Source: a virus (lineage: Duplodnaviria > Caudoviricetes). Taken from it: a DNA stretch of 59,551 nt. Shown piece by piece: positions 54,134-59,551 of the stretch. The first letter of the stretch is position 1. Each line of letters opens with the position of its first letter. The translations under genes and the position numbers were made by a program. A model generated the notes under the pieces. That model did no database searches. It saw nothing but the letters and a program-made list of their open reading frames with translations, and was not told where the DNA came from. The stretch covers positions 1 through 59,551 of IMG/VR virus record IMGVR_UViG_3300036768_001410; one strand, 5' to 3'.

Positions 54134-54431
54134 CGCCCCTACCAGAAACCCAGTAGGGGCGTCATCATCTATGCCGTCACCGAACCCGTCATCGCAACCG
54201 TCAGCGACGCCGTCAGCGACTCCGCCGCGTAGCCGCCTGACCGCGCCCCCCGACCCCAACAACCGCGCCCTCTACCTGAGAACGAAGCCCGCCCCACGAC
54301 TCCCCAACAAAATTTTCGAGATTCGCGCAAAATCCCCTTGACACACTACGCATTGTGTAGTATGATACGTATAGAAGCCGCTGGGGACGGTCGGGCAAGG
54401 AGCCCGACGCGGCGGCGGGAGGAGAGAAGAA
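54134..54431 (+). promoter_or_regulatory. Cassette 2 control region: hairpin, CCGTCA repeats, sigma70 promoter with operator, leader
   Basis: TTGACA(54338)-CACTACGCATTGTGTAG-TATGAT. Confidence 0.85.
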
Positions 54432-55277
54432 ATGAACTCGGTGGCTTTCAGCCCGGACGGACAATATTTCGCGACGGGTTTGCTGGATAAGACGGCGCGG
54501 CTTTGGGAAGTCGATTCGGGTCGGGAAGTCCGCACGTTCACCGGACATACGCGCGGAGTGAATTCGGTGGCGTTCAGCCCGGACGGACGCTATCTCGCGA
54601 CGGGCTCGTGGGATAGGACGGCGCGGCTTTGGGAAGTCGATTCGGGTCGGGAAGTCCGCACGTTCACCGGACATACGCGCGGAGTGACCCCGGTAGCGTT
54701 CAGCCCGGATGGACAATATTTCGCGACGGGTTCGCTGGATAAGACGGTGCGTCTTTGGGACGTCGCCTCGGGGCGGGAAGTCCGCACGTTCACCGGACAT
54801 ACGCGCGGAGTGACCTCGGTAGCGTTCAGCCCGGACGGACAATATTTCGCGACGGGCTCGTGGGATGATACGGCGCGTCTTTGGGACGTCGCCTCGGGTC
54901 GGGAAGTCCGCACGTTCGTCGGGCATACGCACTGGGTGTGGTCGGTAGCGTTCAGCCCGGATGGACAATATCTCGCGACCGGTTCGGATGATAAGACGGC
55001 GCGTCTTTGGGACGTCGCCTCGGGTCGGGAAATCCACATGTTCACCGGACATACGCACTGGGTGTGGTCGGTGGCGTTCAGCCCGGATGGACAATATCTC
55101 GCGACCGGTTCGGATGATAAGACGGCGCGGCTTTGGGACGTCGCCTCGGGTCGGGAAGTCCGCACGTTCACCGGACATACGCGCGGAGTGACCTCGGTAG
55201 CGTTCAGCCCGGACGGACGCTATCTCGCGACGGATTCGGCTGACAAGACGACGCGGATTTTGGAGGTCGCGCTGTAG
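54432..55277 (+). CDS. WD40 beta-propeller protein A (7 repeats)
   Basis: Seven VAFSPDG..AT..D.T.R repeats, about 126-bp near-identical units. Confidence 0.95.
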   Translation: MNSVAFSPDGQYFATGLLDKTARLWEVDSGREVRTFTGHTRGVNSVAFSPDGRYLATGSWDRTARLWEVDSGREVRTFTGHTRGVTPVAFSPDGQYFATGSLDKTVRLWDVASGREVRTFTGHTRGVTSVAFSPDGQYFATGSWDDTARLWDVASGREVRTFVGHTHWVWSVAFSPDGQYLATGSDDKTARLWDVASGREIHMFTGHTHWVWSVAFSPDGQYLATGSDDKTARLWDVASGREVRTFTGHTRGVTSVAFSPDGRYLATDSADKTTRILEVAL

Positions 55278-55282
55278 GTTGC

Positions 55283-55618
55283 GCCCCGCCATTGACAACA
55301 ATGGCGGGGCATTATTATGTACGCCCTCCGACGTCACCACCAACGACGGCAACGTCATCGCGACCGTCACCTTTGGCCGTCATCTAGCCGTCAGCGACTA
55401 AGCCGATTAGCCGCTTGACCGCGACTCCACGACCCCGCCTACCGCGCCCCCTCCCCCACCTGAGGGCGAAGCCCACTCCACGAAGCGACTACAAAATTTT
55501 GGGGGCTTCGCTCAAAATCCTCTTGACACACTACGCAATGCGTAGTAGGCTACGTATAGACGCCGCTGGGGGACGGTCGAGCACAACGCTCGACGCGGCG
55601 GCGGCAGGAGGAAAGGGA
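55283..55618 (+). promoter_or_regulatory. Cassette 3 control region
   Basis: Hairpin GCCCCGCCATTG/CAATGGCGGGGC; TTGACA(55523)-CACTACGCAATGCGTAG-TAGGCT; leader. Confidence 0.85.
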
Positions 55619-56272
55619 ATGCTTCTCGCGACGGGATCGGATGATAAGACGGCGCGGCTATGGGAAGTCGCGTCGGGCAGGGAAGTCCGCACGTTCGCAG
55701 GGAATATGGGCCCTGTGTGGTCGGTGGCGTTCAGCCCCGACGGCCGTTATCTCGCTACGGCCTTGGCGGATAGGACAGCGCGTCTTTGGGACGTCGCTTT
55801 GGGTCGAGAAGTCCGCATGTTTGCCGGGCGTAGGGACTCGGTGAATGCGGTGGCCTTCAGCCTCGACGGCCGCTATCTCGCGACTGCATTGGCGGACAGG
55901 ACAGCGCGTCTTTGGGACGTCGCTTTGGGTCGAGAAGTCCGCATGTTTGCCGGTCATACGGGCCCGATGTGGTCGGTGGCGTTTAGCCCCGACGGACGCT
56001 ATCTCGCCACGGGCTCCTGGGATAGGACCTCGCGTCTTTGGGACATCGCTTTGGGTCAGGAAGTCCGCATATTCGCCGGACATACGGGCCCGGTGTGGTC
56101 GGTCGCCTTCAGCCCGGACGGGCGGTATCTCGCTACGGGTTCGGCGGACAGGACTGCGCGGCTATGGGAAGTCGCGTCGGGTCAGGAAGTCCGTCGGCAT
56201 AACGGGCATACGGACTTAGTGAGATCGGTTGCGTTCAGCCCGAACGGACTCCATCTCGCGACGGGCTCATAG
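55619..56272 (+). CDS. WD40 protein B (5 permuted repeats; probable start 55619)
   Basis: Begins MLLATGS and ends LATGS; the upstream ORF extension is promoter sequence. Confidence 0.9.
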   Translation: MLLATGSDDKTARLWEVASGREVRTFAGNMGPVWSVAFSPDGRYLATALADRTARLWDVALGREVRMFAGRRDSVNAVAFSLDGRYLATALADRTARLWDVALGREVRMFAGHTGPMWSVAFSPDGRYLATGSWDRTSRLWDIALGQEVRIFAGHTGPVWSVAFSPDGRYLATGSADRTARLWEVASGQEVRRHNGHTDLVRSVAFSPNGLHLATGS

Positions 56273-56288
56273 GAACGGACGTAGCCGG

Positions 56289-56625
56289 AAGCCTAGCCTA
56301 CTCATCACGTAGGCTAGGCTTCTTTCTTTCAAGCCGCCGCAACCCCCGCCGCCAACGTCATCCAAACCGTCAGCGAACCCGTCATCGCGACCGTCAGCGA
56401 GGCCGTCAGCGAATCCTCCGAGTAGCCGCTTGACCGCGCCACCAGACACACCAACCGCGCTCTCTACCTGAGAACGAAGACCGCCCCACGACTCCCCGAC
56501 AAAATTTTGGGGGATTCGCGCAAAATACCCTTGACAATCTACGCAAGACGTAGTATGCCTACATACAGAAGCCGCTGGGGACGGCCGAGCGTGGTGTTCG
56601 GCGCGGCGGCGCAGGAGGCAGAAAG
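56289..56625 (+). promoter_or_regulatory. Cassette 4 control region
   Basis: Terminator AAGCCTAGCCTAC/GTAGGCTAGGCTT; CCGTCA repeats; TTGACA(56531)-ATCTACGCAAGACGTAG-TATGCC. Confidence 0.85.
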
Positions 56626-57495
56626 ATGAAGTGGGTTTACGGTCATACGGCGGGGGTGCGGTCGGTCGCGTTCAGCCCGGAAGGGTGGTATCTAGCTACC
56701 GGCTCTTCGGACTGGACGGCGAGGCTGTGGGAGGTGGCCTCGGAAAGGGAGGTCCGCCGTTTCGTCGGGCATACGGACGCGGTAACGTCGGTCGCGTTCC
56801 GCCCGGACGGACGTTATCTCGCGACGGGTTCGGAGGATAACACGGCGCGGCTTTGGGAGGTGGAATCGGAAAGGGAGGTCCGCCGGTTCGTCGGGCATAC
56901 GTACTGGGTGAGCGCGGTCGCCTTCAGCCCGGACGGCCGCTATCTCGCGACGGGTTCGCTGGATAAAACGGCACGGCTTTGGGAAGTCGCTTCGGGGCGG
57001 GAAGTCCGCCGGTTCGACGGCCATACGACAACCGTATGGTCGGTCGCGCTCAGCCCGGACGGGAGGTATCTCGCAACTAGCTCGTGGGACGGTGAGGCAC
57101 GGCTTTGGGAGGTCGCCTCAGGGCAGGAAGTCCACTGCTTCTCCGGTCATACGGACCCGGTATGGTCGGTTGCCTTCAGCCCCGACGGCCGCTATCTCGC
57201 GACGGGCTCGCTGGATAAGACTGCACGGCTTTGGGACGTCGCCTCGGGTCGGGAGGTCCGACGGTTCACCCGACACGCTAAGGCCGTGCGGGCGGTTGCC
57301 TTTAGCCCGGACGGGCGGTATCTCGCGACCGGTTCGGAGGATAAGACAGCGCGGGTTTGGGACGTCTCCTCGGGTCGGGAGGTCCACCGTTTCTTCGGAT
57401 ACATGGACTGGGTGAGCGCGGTCGCGTTCAGCCCGGACGGCCGCTATCTCGCTACCAGTGCCGATGAGAAAGCGGCACTGGTGTTGACGCTATGA
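56626..57495 (+). CDS. WD40 beta-propeller protein C (7 repeats)
   Basis: Seven GH..V..VAFSPDG-type repeats. Confidence 0.95.
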   Translation: MKWVYGHTAGVRSVAFSPEGWYLATGSSDWTARLWEVASEREVRRFVGHTDAVTSVAFRPDGRYLATGSEDNTARLWEVESEREVRRFVGHTYWVSAVAFSPDGRYLATGSLDKTARLWEVASGREVRRFDGHTTTVWSVALSPDGRYLATSSWDGEARLWEVASGQEVHCFSGHTDPVWSVAFSPDGRYLATGSLDKTARLWDVASGREVRRFTRHAKAVRAVAFSPDGRYLATGSEDKTARVWDVSSGREVHRFFGYMDWVSAVAFSPDGRYLATSADEKAALVLTL

Positions 57496-57512
57496 AGCTA
57501 TGATTGCGTCAA

Positions 57513-57909
57513 AAGCCCCGCTTAATCCAACAGCGGGGCTTCATTATGTACGCCCGCCGACAACGCCACCAACGACGGCAACGTCATCTAGCCGTCATCG
57601 CGACCGTCAGCGAACCCGTCATCGCGACTGTCATCGCGACCGTCAGCGACGCCGCCACAAGTCTCCGCGCCTTCCGCCCACGCGGAAACTTGTGACCGCG
57701 CCCACAATCTCATGGCGCCGGCATATGAGATGGCCTTGCGAACGTGCTCTCAATCACAATCTCATCTGCGTGGACACCAAAAGAAAATTGCGTGACGCGC
57801 GCAAAATTCTCTTGACAGTCTACGTAGGACGTAATACTATACATACAGACGCCGCTGGGGACGGTCGAGCACAACGCTCGACGCGGCGGTGCGAGTAGGA
57901 GAACGGAAG
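57513..57909 (+). promoter_or_regulatory. Cassette 5 control region
   Basis: Hairpin; CCGTCA repeats; TTGACA(57812)-GTCTACGTAGGACGTAA-TACTAT; leader nearly identical to cassette 3. Confidence 0.85.
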
Positions 57910-58299
57910 ATGAGCGAGAGACACGTCGTAGACGTGGACGACGGCCAAGTACTCCTAATCGTAGACCAGGCAGGGGTGTTTGACGTGGCGGCCGGGAATG
58001 TTCCTGGCCACGTTTGGATCGTTGAAGAAGGTGACGAAGAGGTCCCTTGGGTTGTGTACTCACGGGACAATGCAAGGGTTGTCATCCTCCCGCCCCCGAG
58101 AACATGGGGGGCAAAGACCGAAGAGGAAATGTTCCACCGATTTGGTGACCTTCGATCCGCCCGTTTCTGGCATCACCAAGCCTTTGAAACGGGTGCCTTT
58201 CGGGAAATTGTCGCCCACTACAGGCCAGACCTTCTGGCCGTATGGGCGGAAAATGAGGCGGCGGTCGCCGCGCTAGATGAACCCCTTGTAACTGAGTAG
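57910..58299 (+). CDS. Hypothetical early protein
   Basis: AGGAG SD after the leader; followed by a hairpin at 58303-58330. Confidence 0.65.
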   Translation: MSERHVVDVDDGQVLLIVDQAGVFDVAAGNVPGHVWIVEEGDEEVPWVVYSRDNARVVILPPPRTWGAKTEEEMFHRFGDLRSARFWHHQAFETGAFREIVAHYRPDLLAVWAENEAAVAALDEPLVTE

Positions 58300-58302
58300 G
58301 GA

Positions 58303-58992
58303 AATGCCCCTCTCGTGAGAGAGGGGCATTATTATGTACCGGGAGAGCCGTCACCTAGCCCTCATCTAGCCATCAGCGGCAACGCCTTCCAATCCGTAGT
58401 CACCTAACCGTCATCCAACCCGCCAACGCCAACGTCATCCAAACCGTCAGCGACAATCACGTGACCGTCATCCTGCCGTCATCCAAACCGTCAACGACAA
58501 CGTCATCGGTGTCGGACGCAACGTGACTCCGCCGCCGGCAAGAGCCGAGGGGTGTTCGACTCTGCCTTATTCGCGCCCTGATTCTGGCCAGATTCTTCGT
58601 GATATTGTAAGAGAATCGCTTGTCCAAAGTATGAGATATCCTGTCTTATGAGACGTCCTTGTGATTGTGAGCGCAATCACAATGTCCTGTCGTCTGCTGT
58701 GGCATGGGCAAGGGCATGGCTATGAGATGGCCTTAGTCTGCTGTGGCGTAGGCATGGCATAGGCAAGGCTAGGGATAGGGTTGGCGTAGGGATAGGGATA
58801 GGCAAGGGATAGGCTAGGACGTGGGCTTGGACGTGGGCTTGGACGTGAACGTGACCGCCGAAAGAAAATTGCGTCGAGCGCGCAAAATTGTCTTGACACA
58901 CTACGTGATGCGTAGTATGATGGGGATAGGCGCTTCCGTAGGAGAGTCGGGCACGGCGCCCGACGCGGGAGCGGCAGGAGGGAAAGAAAGAG
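58303..58992 (+). promoter_or_regulatory. Cassette 6 control region, including a G-rich tract and an inverted-repeat arm
   Basis: TTGACA(58893)-CACTACGTGATGCGTAG-TATGAT; CCGTCA repeats at 58345-58510. Confidence 0.8.
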
Positions 58993-59388
58993 ATGAGCGT
59001 CGAGGACATGGACGAGTCGTGGGACGAGGAAGAGGACGAGTACGAAGACGAGTGGGAAGAAGAGGTGGAGTTTCGTTCCACGGTAGACGCCATTGTAGGC
59101 GTCGTCGTGGACGATGATGGTGAGGAACACTATGTGCGACGGTTAGAAACCGTCTACACGTCGTGGACGGAATATGAGCAGGATGCCTCTGTAGTGGAGG
59201 TGGACCTGAGTGACTGGGCGCGGTGGTTGTGGTCTATCCACCTGGCCAAGTGCCGGGCGGAAGAATTGCCACCTGGCCACCCCTCCTTGGACCACTGTCC
59301 ACTCCGCGAGCAGTGGCGATGGCAAGAGCGTGGAGATATCGCGGGCCTCGCGGAGGCCTGCGATGAGTGGAGGATGACGACGGGCTAA
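58993..59388 (+). CDS. Highly acidic protein (DNA-mimic candidate)
   Basis: MSVEDMDESWDEEEDEYEDEWEEEVE; AGGAGG SD. Confidence 0.7.
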   Translation: MSVEDMDESWDEEEDEYEDEWEEEVEFRSTVDAIVGVVVDDDGEEHYVRRLETVYTSWTEYEQDASVVEVDLSDWARWLWSIHLAKCRAEELPPGHPSLDHCPLREQWRWQERGDIAGLAEACDEWRMTTG

Positions 59389-59390
59389 GA

Positions 59391-59466
59391 TATAGCCCGT
59401 CGCAGTCAAGCGACGGGCTATCCTAAGCCAAGGCGTCTCGCTCGTGAGAGCGAGACGCTTTCTTTA
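59391..59466 (+). terminator. Tandem hairpins/terminator
   Basis: ATAGCCCGTCGC/GCGACGGGCTAT and GGCGTCTCGCTC-GTGA-GAGCGAGACGCT followed by TTCTTT. Confidence 0.75.
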
Positions 59467-59517
59467 TGCCTCTCCCCTTGACCGACTCATCCGTCCTCCT
59501 AAGGACGCTTCATCCTA

Positions 59518-59551
59518 ACATTGTGATTGCGCTCACAATCACAAGGACGTC
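59518..59551 (-). repeat. 34-bp perfect inverted copy of 58652-58685 at the window end
   Basis: Reverse complement is GACGTCCTTGTGATTGTGAGCGCAATCACAATGT. Confidence 0.9.

Noticed and set aside
54213-57415. Long antisense and alternative-frame ORFs over the WD40 genes
   Set aside because: Shadows of stop-free GC-rich tandem repeats; the promoters and SDs support only the WD40 frame
54432-57495. Diversity-generating retroelement
   Set aside because: No reverse transcriptase in the window, and the variation is not evidently adenine-specific
58664-58684. Resemblance to lac operator (ATTGTGAGCG..ACAAT)
   Set aside because: Only partial similarity, with no vector context or LacI gene; treated as part of the local inverted repeat
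51479-59466. Integron cassette array
   Set aside because: No IntI and no attC RYYYAAC/GTTRRRY ends; the cassettes carry their own promoters
1-59551. Integrase, CI repressor, tRNA, rRNA
   Set aside because: None recognised; lifestyle and host cannot be assigned from this window

Overview
The window is most of a tailed-phage genome with a podovirus-like morphogenesis module. It carries TerL, portal, scaffold, major capsid, adaptor/nozzle, tail fibre and three very large putative ejection proteins at 16.5-48.7 kb, and TerS displaced to 49 kb. It also has a replication/recombination module (SSAP-like protein, sliding clamp, lambda-O-like initiators with iterons, DnaB, RecA-fold ATPase, RusA, DNA methyltransferase) and two ECF sigma factors. 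Main highlights: (1) a TIGR-Tas-type RNA-guided locus, with a nuclease-less Nop/IS110-like protein carrying a Zn-ribbon insertion (6273-7256) flanked on both sides by 36-nt dual-repeat/dual-spacer arrays; (2) at 51.5-59.5 kb, six modular expression cassettes, each with a sigma70 promoter containing an operator and a covarying leader hairpin, most with CCGTCA repeat clusters and a terminator. Their cargo is three hypervariable WD40 proteins, a Csx20-like ring-nuclease candidate, an orphan defence-type ABC ATPase and an acidic protein, which suggests an anti-defence island; (3) two further promoter motifs (RTAAC-N17-CGT and GTAAT-N17-GCATT) that fit a two-sigma middle/late cascade; (4) a three-copy palindromic element whose core is inverted between copies. 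Both window ends are inverted copies of internal sequence, so the termini may be assembly artefacts. No integrase, tRNA, rRNA or CRISPR array was seen. All family calls come from reading motifs by eye; no database search was run.
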